Below, in pieces: positions 26,897 through 39,967 of a stretch of DNA of 64,000 nt. The notes beneath the pieces are model-generated. The model made no database searches, had not been told where the DNA came from, and saw nothing but the letters and a program-made list of their open reading frames with translations. The stretch covers positions 194,976 to 258,975 of the forward strand of contig JAAOMT010000752.1 of the NCBI GenBank assembly GCA_016748015.1, given 5' to 3'. Both the position numbers and the translations under genes were made by a program. This DNA is from Geosiphon pyriformis uo1 (Eukaryota > Fungi > Glomeromycota). Numbering within the stretch: position 1 is the stretch's first letter; each line of letters begins with the position of its first letter.

Positions 26897-27180
26897 AAAA
26901 AAAATTATTATTAAAATTATACTTTTTCTCTATTTAGATAATTAATTAAATCATTTTTTAAAAATGTCGTGATTATAAACCTTATTATCTATATAAATAA
27001 TTTTTATTATATATAAAGGTTGAGATTTTAGACTCCAAAGAAAGATAATTTTTCACTATGGTGCTTTCTACAATTGTTATGTTGAAAGTAGAATACCTTT
27101 AGTATGTAATGAGTCATTTTGATTGTCTTATGGAAATTTATGCTGATTAATAATGTTCAAATTAATGATATTATTTTAGA

Positions 27181-27600
27181 TATATTATTCATATTTGCAT
27201 TTATATTGACAATTGGATATTACGAAAAGACAATTTTACACACCAAACCTCTAGACGCCAAAAGAAAAAGGCCAAAAAACTGGTATTTATGTGTTTAAAA
27301 TTTTCGCATTTACAAAATGAAATTCACAAAGAACCTATTGCATTCTTCACTTGGAAATTTGGTGCCATTATTATTTCTCCTCTTGAAATATCACATATAA
27401 TAAACAGAAACATGAGAAAAATTACATAAAAGACAGTTCAAAAAATACTCGGTTGGGCATATTATCAATTTTGGCAACGTTTAATTGCCAAAGCGGAAGA
27501 ATTGGGGGTTTGTACTATCATTCAACTATATCTAAAACCTGTAGCTGGTATGGAAACATTCAAAACATCGGAGGATCCGAAGTGTATAACTGCTGAAATT
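27181..27600 (+). pseudogene. Fanzor2 / IS607-TnpB-like RNA-guided nuclease remnant (bridge-helix region, RuvC-II, zinc finger)
   Basis: One frame from 27181 reads YIIHICIYIDNWILRKDNFTHQTSRRQKKKAKKLVFMCLKFSHLQNEIHKEPIAFFTWKFGAIIISPLEISHIINRNMRKIT*KTVQKILGWAYYQFWQRLIAKAEELGVCTIIQ. After a frameshift it continues SKTCSWYGNIQNIGGSEVYNC*N. Confidence 0.87.
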
Positions 27601-28164
27601 TTGGGACGTACCAAGGACTGTTGACCGTTAAAAAAACAAAGAATCAAAAATTTCCTAATAAATCATGAATCTTTATTATAGAGAATAACTAAATAAATTC
27701 GGGAAACTAAAGTGGTTCCCTTAAATTTTTCTGCAAAATCAATAATAATATTCTTTTTATTGAGAGATATTAATGAAATATTATTTTTTGAAGGCGCTTA
27801 AAAATTTTCAATTTATTCTACACTATTATCTTCTTTTGGTCTCAGGTTCATAAAAAGATTGTCAAGTTCATAAGATAATTCTTTAATTCTGGAATATCAA
27901 AGACACCAGGCAAAAAGAAGAAGAATACTTGTATAATTATCATGATAAAGAGCTTGATTTTTCAATCTGAACGAATTGGATTTGAGTTTCAAAAGGGATG
28001 ATAAATTTTAAATCAATTGTGTCAATTGTAATCTCCGAAGCTTTAAGGTTCGTCATAATTATCTCAACCAAATCTTTGGATCATTGAAGAATAAATTCAA
28101 AGTATGTAAAATAATATTAAAGTAATTCTGACCATTAAACATCTATTTGAAACTTTTTTTGGTT

Positions 28165-28722
28165 ATGGCTCGCTTCATTGCAAAAACTGATGGCACTATT
28201 GAAGTCTTCAGCATCATGGAGTATAGGATTAAGAGGTTTATTGCAAAAACGGATGGTCATATAAAATTTTTCTATGAGACGAAGAAAGTATTTTCAATTG
28301 ACATTGAGAGGGAGAATTTATTTAGTAACTTTCAGACTGAAAGCAAGAATTTATGGAGAAATAAAGAGGAAGTGGAATATGAGATGCAATATCTTGACTT
28401 TCTTTTTGTCAATCTTATCAAGTATTATAATTCACAAATGGATAAAGGAAACACGAAGAAAGTTAGAGGCCTGATTAACTGGCAAAATGAGTTCTCGCAG
28501 GAAGATGAAAATCTCAATATAGACAACCTTACTACATGTACCAATATTTATGCACCCAACTTTGCTTTTTTGGCCAGTGAATTCTATAGATATGGAAGAA
28601 AACCAGAATTGGATAGGGATTTGCGAGCGTTTCAAGCAGCTGTCGAAAGAAATGACAAGTCATATGCTTGGCTTGCTGTTAATGAATCTTTTAAAGAATA
28701 TGATGGAAAAAATGCTTTTTAA
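28165..28722 (+). CDS. Orphan ORF of unknown function with an internal duplicated motif; may be a pseudogene
   Basis: An open frame of about 185 codons with coding-like composition in an AT-rich context. RFIAKTDG occurs twice and VFSI twice. Confidence 0.4.
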   Translation: MARFIAKTDGTIEVFSIMEYRIKRFIAKTDGHIKFFYETKKVFSIDIERENLFSNFQTESKNLWRNKEEVEYEMQYLDFLFVNLIKYYNSQMDKGNTKKVRGLINWQNEFSQEDENLNIDNLTTCTNIYAPNFAFLASEFYRYGRKPELDRDLRAFQAAVERNDKSYAWLAVNESFKEYDGKNAF

Positions 28723-31700
28723 AAATTTGAAAATCATTCACCTTGAGAAACGGAAAAAATCTAAAGAATGATAACCGAGAATCCTTTGCTTTGGTGAAAA
28801 ATACGTTTAGAGGCATCCGTTTACTAAGGTACCATAATGCTTTTTCCGCCATCATTTTACTTGAGATATGAACTTGATAATATAACCAAAGACAATCAAT
28901 TAAAAGACCTTGGAAATGTTTTAAATCAATTTTTTCAATTGTTAAAATCACTTTTGATGATAAATAATTACTTTTTTTTTTTTTTGCTAAAAAAAGATTA
29001 ATTGTGTATTGTATTATAATATGTAAATAAAAAATTTTATTTAATAATATAATTTATGCCATTTTTATATTGAAAGATTTAACTTAAAATTAAAAGAGGT
29101 GCTTGCTATAATTTTCAAACTACCAATATTTTAGAATTTTAATGAGAACCATTTATTGGTTCAAATTTTTTACTAATTTTTTTTCTTGGCTCTTTGGGAA
29201 AAAAAATTATTTGAAGCCTAATTTACCGAAGAGACAAGATCTCAATCTTGAGTAACATCAAAACTTTTTTGTTTTTTAAACCTCCTTTCCATAGCGCTTT
29301 CATCATAATGAATAATATTCAAAATGTTATTTGGCTCTTGATATTCAAAGTGATTTACTTTCCTAGTCAGCATCCAATAGATGTTTATCACAAAATATAA
29401 CAGTGAAAAATTTTTTAGAAATATGGTAAATTTAAAGTATTCTGTTTTAATGGTCTTTTTGGATTGCTCAACTAAAAAACTTTCGAGATTTTTATGCTTG
29501 TACAAAAAATATATAGTTTTATTAATTTAAAAACTTCTTGTTACTGTCTTAATCTCTTTTAACAAAATGTATTTTAATTAAACAATTAAAGACTTATTTC
29601 TTTTTTGATTTTGAAGTCTTAAATAAAATTTAAAAACTAAAAACCATTAATAATTAAAATGATTTGGATGTGTGCAAAAAGTTTCCTGATCTTAAACTTT
29701 TTTTTTTGCAGAAAAAACTTTGTATTTTCACTTTCAGTATCTCTAAGAAAATATCAATTAAAATTATTTTCCATATATTAATACCAATAAAATTGGATTC
29801 ATAAAAAAAAACTGTTGATAACTTAAATTAGTCTAATTTGCAACATAATAAATTTCAACATGTTTAAATAATGATATTAATATTGACTTTGAAAAAAATA
29901 CTCAATATTTAAAAAAAAGACAAATTATTATCGTAGGAGAAAAAATACAAAACTTTAATATAAACATCAATAAAATTTTGTATATTGTCAAAAAAATGGC
30001 GAAATAAAAATTCGATATGGTTAAATTATTCTTTGATATTTAACTCTAATTTAATATTCAAAATATAATATAATATAATATAATATAATTATGATATATT
30101 TTATTTAAAAATAGAAAACATGTTATAATTAAAAGTTAAAAAAAAACCAAATACAGTTTTATACAATATGTATTGTAAAAAATATTTATAATCACAAAAA
30201 ATAATACCATTTAAGTCATAATAATATTTTTTTTGGTTGGTTGATTTTATATAATTATAAATAAATATATATATATATATATATATAAATTAATGTATAA
30301 AAATCAATCTCATTTTTTTTTAAATTAAATTTTTTAAAAACTACTATATTTAAATATATTTATTATTATTTTTTCCAAAATATTAAAAAATGATAAAATA
30401 ATTAAGCATAACTATTTCATACATTTATTTAATCACTTATCATAAAGTAAAAATTCACAACATATATAAATGACATTAAATTAATTTATCTTAAAAAAAA
30501 ATTGGATTTTTTAATAATTAAAATATTTTTTAGTTTCTATATAAATTACATTAACTTGAGCATATCTTTTAATCAGTATACTGTTTTTTGAAATCAAAAT
30601 AATATAGAGTTACACTTAGAAAAATTATTTCAAAGTCAAAGGAAGCTTTAATGTCATATTCTTTTTTACATATAATAATTTTCTATTATATTGAGTCATA
30701 AATATTAAGGTGCAAACTCCATGAGCTATTTTAACACTCTCAGTCGAGAATTTTAATACCTCTCTTCATGAGTGGTCTCAAACAATTATGGAACTATCTT
30801 TAGTATCAATAAACTTAATCCAACAAAATATATATATATATTTCTGGCAAAATTTTTTCAAAGCTTTCACATCAATATAAATTGTAGTTTCCTTTTTTTG
30901 CGAAACTTTGAGGAGCTGAATTTTGAGCTTCTGGGTTTCTTTATAATCTATTTTTAAAATAAAAATAAAAATTGAAAAAAATTCTAGTAATCTTTTGGTT
31001 GTTGCAAAAAACATTGATTTTGTCAATACAACTAGTCTAAACTCCATGTGGCGGATATTGTATCGGTTCAAGATCTTTTTATATCTTGGAGGTTTTGAAT
31101 CTGAAATCTGGAATGCTTGGGTTATAATGTCTTGCACCTATTCATTTTCTTCATTGATGTTCACTTTTTGCTTAGATGTTTTTCCTGGAAATATCTTTTT
31201 TTGCTTCTTTGATTTTGGAATATTTGTTTTTGCCATTCCTATGGTATCGCGATAAGGCACAACTCATGTTTCTATAATAATTAGTGAGATAACAGAGTTT
31301 TTATCTCATCATTTAATCCCAGTCGATATAATTATTAAATTCATTTGAATATTTAGACTATTGATTGGATTCCTTAAAGCCACTTAAGCAAGACGGTCCC
31401 AACATCTTTGGTGGATAATCTTTCAATGAAAAATGTTTAATCCAGATGTCCTCTTGTTTCCAAAGTTTCTTGGAAGAAAATTTTGGAGGTGTGATAAAGT
31501 ATTTGTAAATGGTGTTCATTTGTGGTTTGGTTTTCGATATTTCGAAAGTTACAATTTATAGTTAGGCTTGTTGTCAAGCGAGATTTGACATTGATAATTA
31601 GGATTTGATATTTGTAAAATTCAGATTTAGGTTATGGTTGTTCCCTATATCATAAAGTTCCTGGGAAGTATCTCCGTTGCGTTATTTAAAGATTTTTAAA

Positions 31701-32436
31701 GTGAAATAAAACCTACTGCTTCGATTGCTGATTGGAATGCTATCTTTGGTCAAACCATGTTATTCGAATCGTGAGAAGTTGAAATTCAAATTTTCCTGAA
31801 GACGATTGAGCCTTGCCTCAATCATAAAATTTATACATTATTACATTTTATTCTTTGGGATATTAATAGAAATAATTGGAAAATAGAGTAGGGATTCTAA
31901 GCATTTTGTCTTTTTAGAGATTCACAGTACTCGATGCTGCTGCTTCCTAGTCTATCCGTAAGCGAGAAGTGGTATCAGCTCTCAAAAACTAAATCTTCAC
32001 TAACTTCATGGAAAAAATTTTAGGGCATAAATTTTTAAAATCTTCGTTTACCAAATGCATTTTCGAAATCTTGATAATAAAAATTTTCTAATTATTTCTT
32101 TGGTGGTGAATGTCTGATTAAATTCCTATAGAAAATTGCTTTTCATTTTGCTTATTTGAATAAAGTTTACAGCCAAAATGTGTGGATAATTAAAAAATGC
32201 TCTCAGACTTTTCGAATCATGTAAACTAGTTTTAATCTATTAAACAACTAGCAGCTCTTGCTTCAATCGCCAAAGTTTATGCTAAAATTTTCTTAGACTT
32301 ACAGCTTATTTAATGAAACTTTTGTCGGTGGATTTTCTTATATTGGAGCGAATACACCAAATTTTTTACTTCCATATTAGATTTATTCAGATATGACTAA
32401 ATTAACCCTAAATTGGGTAAACCTTTTAATGAGTGA

Positions 32437-33552
32437 TCACATCTGGCCTCTCTTGATTACCTCAGATAGAACCCATTCTTCCATGGCCGACAATAAAGTA
32501 GGATCTCTGGGAATGATTTTACCTGAAATATATGATTCAAACTCATCTTCAAAGTCATCAATTGTGGGACGTCTTTTGCAAAGATCTAGCACCTCGTCAG
32601 CTACTTCTTTTTGCAACAATTCTGGCTTGATCGCAGTTCGATGTCTTCTTTGATAATAAAGGACGAATTGTTCTATCATAAAGCGTGCAGATTCTTCCAG
32701 CCATTTATCATTTTTGATTTGGTCAGGGCTAGTTGAATTTTTTATAGCTGAATGTGAAGTCATTTCAACCGATTTGAACTTCGTGTTTTGAATCTCTGAA
32801 CTTGGGGGTTGGTCCACCTTAAGTGGTTTGCTTTTTCTAGGGGCTTTTTGAGACATTCTGGCCGGATTAAATGTGGTTTCCTTCAAACTTTTTGACATGG
32901 CGGGGGAGCGGGTTTGAGGAGCTTGGGGACGGGTCCGATTCTGGTGAATTCTTGCTTCACTTTTTATCGAATTTAATAATCCCTGAACGACAAATTTTTT
33001 ATCACTGGTTAATTTTGGACCACTAGAGTGGTCAAGGACAAGCCCATGAATCAAGTAGTTTTTCAGTTTAGCCACCGATGTTTTTTCTTGCAAGCTTGAA
33101 AGCTCTTCCATATTGTTTTGCATTTCTTTTTGATTTTTTAAAGGTTCGTTTTGCACAGTTACTCCGGTGGGAGACATTGAGAGAGGCAAATATTTCGGCT
33201 TAATATCTGTTATATTTTCTGAACTTGTTAAAACATTGCCCGATTCATTCAAGTATTCCCTGAGCAAGCCTTGAAAATTAGATGCTGAAATATCCTCCAT
33301 ATCTTGCATTGCATGATAGATATGCCAAAATCCAGAGGATATTTCATCACATGCATGAGAGAGCTAAAAGGTGTGAAAAGTTGTCGCTTTAAATTGATAT
33401 TATAAAAATTATCTCTTTATAATAATTTTTTAACTTACCCTCTGGAATTTTCGTTGGACTCGAGAGATACAGGCAATCGAATCTCGTTCATCAATAATTT
33501 TGCGTTTTATTCCTGATTGAAGATCATTTTGGTTTCTGTTTTCATCAGACAT
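32437..33552 (-). CDS. Hypothetical protein, 2 exons, low-complexity middle and helical C-terminal domain
   Basis: ATG at 33552 (MSDENRNQNDLQSG...). A GTAAGT...TTTTAG intron (about 33438-33365) joins in frame to the 290-aa ORF. Confidence 0.7.
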
Positions 33553-34080
33553 GGGTACTGCCACTCTTTCCCTTCTCAATCTAAAAGAAATAACCAAATT
33601 TGAGCTTTGCGTTAGACAACGAAAGATGCTAAAAATATTTCGTCAGTTGAGGGATTGTATTTTTACTTGTTACACGTTTGGCAGTTTGTTTTAAAATTTC
33701 TGCAATTGCCGGGGGCCCTATTTAAATATAAATTCCGATTTCGGACTCTCGGAGAACCTGAATCAATTTATCAAGATGTTCACCTTTTCCTTTCCCACGA
33801 TCAGCAAGCTGAAACTCAATTTTATTGGAGAAAATTAATTTATATACTTCTAATTCTATTTTTGATGTTTTTAATTAAAAGTATATTTTCAATTAATAAT
33901 TCATATTGAATAATGACAATCATTTCATAAAATTTTGTCGTTCTTCGTTTGAAACCACTTACACGAATTTCCAGCACTAGACGATACGATATTTTGAGAT
34001 AATGTAGTTAAAGATTCTTAGGGTCGGATATAATTCTCTAAAAAAAGAAAATCAGTAAAAACACCTATCCAGGCCTCATA

Positions 34081-35254
34081 TTAAGCTTTTTTCTTATCTC
34101 TAAAAATCCTTTTTCCCAAAAATTCTATGAATATAATGGAAGGTTTCATGCTTGTCAAATCCTTCATCCACGGCAGATTGCAATACATTTTCATAATCTT
34201 TAGCTGTTAGGTTAGTTAGTTACATAACAATTGGTGCCATTGTTCGATAATACAAGATTGCATTGTCTTTACTAATTTCCCCAGCTCGACCTACGCGATC
34301 TTTATGAGAGAGTTTTGTTATTTTGTGTGTTATTTCAGTTAGTTTCTTGGTTGCTATTAAGAGATTTTCGCATTTTTCCGAGGCGAAATTGGAATCAATA
34401 CCAAGTGTTTCCAAATGCTTATAGAGTGCTATTTTAGAAAAAAAACTTATAAATTCTATATAGAAAGTGGAGATGTTTTTCAAAAAAAACCCAAAATTTT
34501 TCCAAAATATTAGCCAAGTCGGGTGGGGGATTCATCAATATTATTTCCGGTTGCTCAATTTCAATCCATCCCCCAATTTTGGTGACGCGAATTAGTTCAG
34601 GTATAACAATTGTTTCCCATTGTTCTAGAGTAAAACTTGAATTCATCTGAGCAGCACGAATATAATCAAGAATCTAAGAAATTAAGAAAATAGAAAACGA
34701 TATATTATTTAAATTGAAATAATTTTGCTTCATTCAATGAAATAATTTTAATAAATTTACCTTCAAAAGGCAAGCCATTAAGTACATTAGTTTGTATAAA
34801 GGATGTATTGGATGGTTTTATTTCTGATGGAAAAAGGGGAATATAATCGATTCCAATGAATTCACTTTCCGTATAGGTGGTTGCCATCTCAAGTACCCAT
34901 CCACTAGGCCCGCACCTGGTTACAAATTTATATAATCATATTGAATATTTTAAATCTTGGCTTTTAAAATTAGATAATATAAGGGTTCATATACCCAACA
35001 TCTAAAACACGAATACCCTGTTTTAACTCTCTTTCGATAGGTGGACCAAAAAGCCCTTGCTAAAGAAACCGAAATAAGAAGTGTTGTAATTGTTGCCTAT
35101 CACTTTCCTCATCGTCAGAGGGCAAATAATACACTGAATTATCGACATTATTGAATAGTCTCCTATCAATGAGTTTTAATGGTTGAAGGGTCTGAAGTTT
35201 TTTTATTTTTCGCTTTTCTCTGCGTTTCTTGTCAGCGGAATTGAAGTTTCCCAT
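34081..35254 (-). pseudogene. Class I SAM-dependent methyltransferase (LaeA-like), copy A, disrupted
   Basis: YYLPSDDEESDRQQLQH, VLDVG|CGPSGW and ELIRVTKIGGWIE. Lesions: TAG at 35060-35062, a frameshift after intron 2, and TAA at 34220-34222. Confidence 0.88.
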
Positions 35255-36775
35255 TAATTAATGAAGTCCTTCGTATGATTGGGGGGGGGGGAGGGTAATT
35301 TTGGTAGAAACTAAATGAGACACAATAAAGCTGAAATGCCAACGGAGTAAAATGCCACTAAATTTTACCAAGTGAACTTTTAATGTTAAATTAAAATCAA
35401 ATTTTTCTGTTGATGGAATAATTCACGACGGTACCCCAAATTTTTTTGCGCAACACTTAAGGTAATATTATGAAATCATGACGCAGTAGGACGGTCCTAA
35501 TTATTGGCAATATAATCATAAACTATATCTTGCTTTCATTAAATTAAACGAAAAATGTAGAGTGAATAATTTGTTCAACTGTCAAAAATATACTTTTTAT
35601 AGCAGATACACATCTTATCAAATCTAAAACTATAAAACTTGTGGTTGAGACTTTCAATAGTCTTAAGTAATCACAGATAGGCAAAATTCGACAGCAATTA
35701 TTCTTTTTTTAAAAAACAAATTCACATATAAAATTTCATTGGTTTATTTTACTAATCATAATCTTTTCTATTAAAACTAAAATATGATTTGTCGAATTCA
35801 AAAATTTGGATTTTTAATTTTTTTCATGATCAAAAAGAAAAAGATGATTAATACGTGTATCACCAATTAATATGATTAACGAAATATTATTTAATTTTGA
35901 TGATCTTAAGGTTAATAATTTGATTGTAATGAATTCAGTAATAATAATTAATTGTAATTTGAATAAAGTTTAAAAATTTCAGCCAAATTTGGTTTTAAAA
36001 TAAAAAAGCCTTTTCTTAAAGTTTCACTTTAAATTTTTTCAAATTTGAACCATTTAAACCAGAGTAGAAAGAATTTTTTTTAAGTAATCATTATTAGATT
36101 TATTAATAAAAATTATTTTTTCCTTTAATTCTTAAGATAAAACAAAAGCATTAAAGTTGATCATGCTTCGAAAAACTTAAAATTATATATCCATATCTGA
36201 TATATTAAGTTAAAATCAGAATTAATAAGCTCACAATTTTTATTACTTTTGAAATGTTTAATATATCCTGAAAAAATCAATCATCTTAATTATTCTTCAT
36301 CATAATATTTAAATTGTGATATTTTTAACTTTCTTTATGATCACAAATCACAATCCCGTTTCAAAAAAAAAGACTAACAATATGTGGGTATTATATTGTA
36401 AAGTTTTATTAAGGCTTTTGTGTACAATGACGTGTGTAAGTTGTAACTGGTGGACATCGAAATTATGAATGGGAACTCAAGTTTATCATTAAGAAAAGGT
36501 AGTATTTTATTTGACAAAAAAAGAGTTTCAGAATATTCGATACTGCGAGTGAACGAAAATAGTATCTATGAAAGTAATACCAATACAATCTTTTCCGATT
36601 CTGAGGCTGGACAAAAGTCTAGGAATTTTAAAATATAAGAACAAAATTTTCAAAATATTTTACATTAAGAAGTACAAAATAATTTAGAAAAAAATATGTT
36701 ATCTATGCATGAGATTTAAAAAGTACATGACCATTTTTATCGTGACAATAAATATAAAAAAAATCGGGAAAATCG

Positions 36776-38040
36776 TTAATCAGAAACTTTCTGTGAAAAG
36801 ATACGATGCATATTATGGTATGACTCGCATTTTTCAAATGCACTAGAAAGGTTTCGCAAAGTATTTTCGTATTCGTCTTCTGATATTCGAGCTAATTTCG
36901 TAACCATCGGGGCGACAGTTCGGTAAAATAATATCGCGTTATCTTTGCTGATCTCACCAGCTCGTCCAATACGTTCTGTGAACGGGAGAATTTCTATCCG
37001 GTGATTAATGTCGTCAAAATTTCCTGTTGCCGCTAGTATGTGATCGAGATCTTGGGTTGCAATGTATGGATTGATACCTAAATTCTCGAGATTTTCGATC
37101 CCTATGAAATAAAGCATGAAAAGATTTCTTAATAAAGTTCATTGAATAGGAAAGTAGCACTTTTATATTTACAAGCATCCAGAATTGGTTCAAGTATTGG
37201 TGGTGGATTTGTCATGTTGTTATCAGTTTCTTCGATTTCAAGCCATCCACCAATTTTTGTAACACGAATGATTTCAGGCAAAACTTTTGTCTTCCATTGC
37301 TCCTCACTAAACGCCAAGTTCATGAGGCCGACGTGAATAAAGTCAAAATAGCCATCTAAAAGAAATCATTATGTGTTTCTTATGTTTTAGTAAAAATACA
37401 AGTTGCGTACATTTAAACAAATAAAGCTATATTATATTTAATTAGACAACATTTGTCTCAGTCAATTCACCTTTGAATGGCAATTTTTCTAAAGCATTTG
37501 ATAGCACAAACGTAACATTTGGGGGTTTAACTTCAGTCGGAAAAACAGGAACGACATCTACTCCGATAAATTGAGCTCGTTGATATTGCGATGCCATTTC
37601 CAGTATCCATGCACCTGGACCACAGCTTTTTAAAAAAAATAGAAAAAACATTTAGAATTGAAAAGACAGAAAGTTTTGACCATCTATCCCCAAAATCTAA
37701 GCCTCACCCAAGATCCAAGATACGGCCATTTGTTCTTAATTTGCGTTCAACAGGCGAGCAAAAATTGCCTTTCCATAGAAATCTCAATAAAAAGTGTTGT
37801 AACGACAATCTGTCTGATTCTTCTTCGTCGCTTGGCTGTTCAAAAAAAAATCAGCTTTGATAAAAGTTAAAGAGCAAAGCAATTAAAAATTTTAAAGTGA
37901 AAAATTACCAAAGGATAATTTGTATTTGGAACATTAATAAATCGACGCCCGTCAGCCCATCGAAACAGTGGCATTGGTTCAGAGTTATTTTTTCTGCGAC
38001 TTCTTCGTTTTAAAGCGTGAACTGAATTCACATGTCCCAT
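36776..38040 (-). CDS. Class I SAM-dependent methyltransferase (LaeA-like), apparently intact paralog, 5 exons
   Basis: MGHVNS..., YPL|PSDEEESDRLSLQH, ILDLG|CGPGAWILEMA, LPFK|DGYFDFIH and EIIRVTKIGGWLEIEE. Exons join in frame. Confidence 0.9.
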
Positions 38041-39359
38041 TATTTCAAAATTTTTCGTTTTTTGTGGTTTGGATAATGTTTAGGTAATTCGATTTCTTTA
38101 GAACTTTTGCTTTTTGTAGCAATCTTTGTGAATGTGACGGGATAGTTTATATATCTTGAAATTAATTTTATTTTTCACCTTTTTGATTTAGGGACAAAAA
38201 TATTTCAAAATAAAAAGTCTCAACGTCCAAAGTGAATTACTATTAATAAAGGATGCACACAATTAAAGTAGAAAAGGCTTTTCAAAATGAATACGACTTT
38301 TGTCCCGTCAGAAAAAACGTGCCAATTTATTTAAAACTTTCAGCCCAGTAATAATATTTTAATCATTTTCATTAAAACCAGTTACTGTTGATCTCTTAAA
38401 TGCTTTAATGTAGACAGAAGGGATGATTTATAAAAGGATGTTCAAAATATTTTATCAACAAAGTGCCAAGCTAAACCTGGGATTGGTCTTAACTTTCTTC
38501 CAAAGTGTCACCTCATATAAGAGATTGCAGAACTGATATCTCTGATCAATGATAATTGTGTGATTTTTACGGTGATGCAAAAGAAGGAATAAAAAAGTGA
38601 AAAGTTTGAAAATGGGAATTACAGATTGACCAGTACATGGAAATTTATGGTCGTGGAAAATCTTCGGAAGTTTGTTAGGTTTCTATTTTTATTTCGGGAA
38701 TATTTTTAACTTAATCAGTAATGTAGTGAAAAAATCATGAAACATCCGGATGTTTTCTTTCTCGAATTCTTATTGTATAAATTAAATCAAGGGTATGGTT
38801 TTTCGGATATAAGAAAAAATTTTGTTTGTTATTTACTAGATAAAAATTTAGCCGGATTAATTTTAGAGGTTTCATATGCTAATTCAGAAAAAATCTAAAA
38901 TCGCTTTAGGGTATATCCGAAAAAGGATTTCAATATGATGCTAATAAATGTACTCCATGTCTTTGTGAACCCCAATTGAAATTATTTATTTTCAAAATAT
39001 TGACAGCCTTTAATTTCTTTAACTGTTGTTAAACATTTTTGCTCATAATAAACTTGAAATTAAGTATTGTATAAAGTGTCAAAAAAATAAATTAAGAAAA
39101 TAAGAAAATATCAATTTTTTTTATTGGAATCTTGGTTTTAGCTAACAGTCGTATGTTGTATTTATTAAAAGACCATTCAAAGCTCTAAAATTATAGGGTA
39201 ATAAATACTCACTATATTAATCAAAACTTTGAAAGAATAAGGTTTAAAGAACTTTTTTTTCGCAGTCTTTGATTTTAGAGCAAAAAATGAAGTAACGTAG
39301 CTATGTGTAACCATATTATGAAGTATATCTAAATTCCTAAATTCTAATTTTTTAAGTTC

Positions 39360-39967
39360 TTAGCATTCTTTATATAAGATTTTTCGGTTTTCAATCAATG
39401 CAGCAGCCAAACCAGAGTCACGATTAAACACCTACACCAATAATAATGGTTAAATTTATAAATTCAACTTAACAAATTTAATTTTTAAAAAATTTAAAGA
39501 TCACAACAAACCTCATGATACTGAACAATATATTTTCCACTTTTCAAGCCTGTCGGAAACGTTTTAGTCACAACATGTCTTCCAGGCCTAATCCCAGTAT
39601 TCTCAGATTCAGTGGTATTAGTAAAGGAATATATCTCTTCCTTTTTATTGTTCAACAACAAGATTTCCAAGTCGTAACGAACCCGCATTGGAACATAATC
39701 TAGGAACTTATAATCAAGTTTAATATTGTTGGATTTTTTGCAATCATAGAGGGTTCCATTTTTGGGAGTAGTGATATTATAGAATACATGTCCAAAAATC
39801 GTAGGTGTTGAAGATGAAGCTGATGCGCTGGTTTTGCTTGGTTGAGGTTCATTCGTTGTGGTGGTTGGATCATCGGGATGTGGAAATGCGAGGGAGGACA
39901 ATGTTGAAATGGATAAGATGAGAATGAAAATAAATGAGAGAATGGACTCAAGCTTTTGGGATGCCAT
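39360..39967 (-). CDS. Small secreted protein, 2 exons, about 174 aa
   Basis: Signal peptide (ILSFIFILILSISTLSSLA), a Ser/Thr/Pro linker and a beta-rich domain. An intron at about 39511-39432 leads to VFNRDSGLAAALIENRKILYKEC*. Confidence 0.78.
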
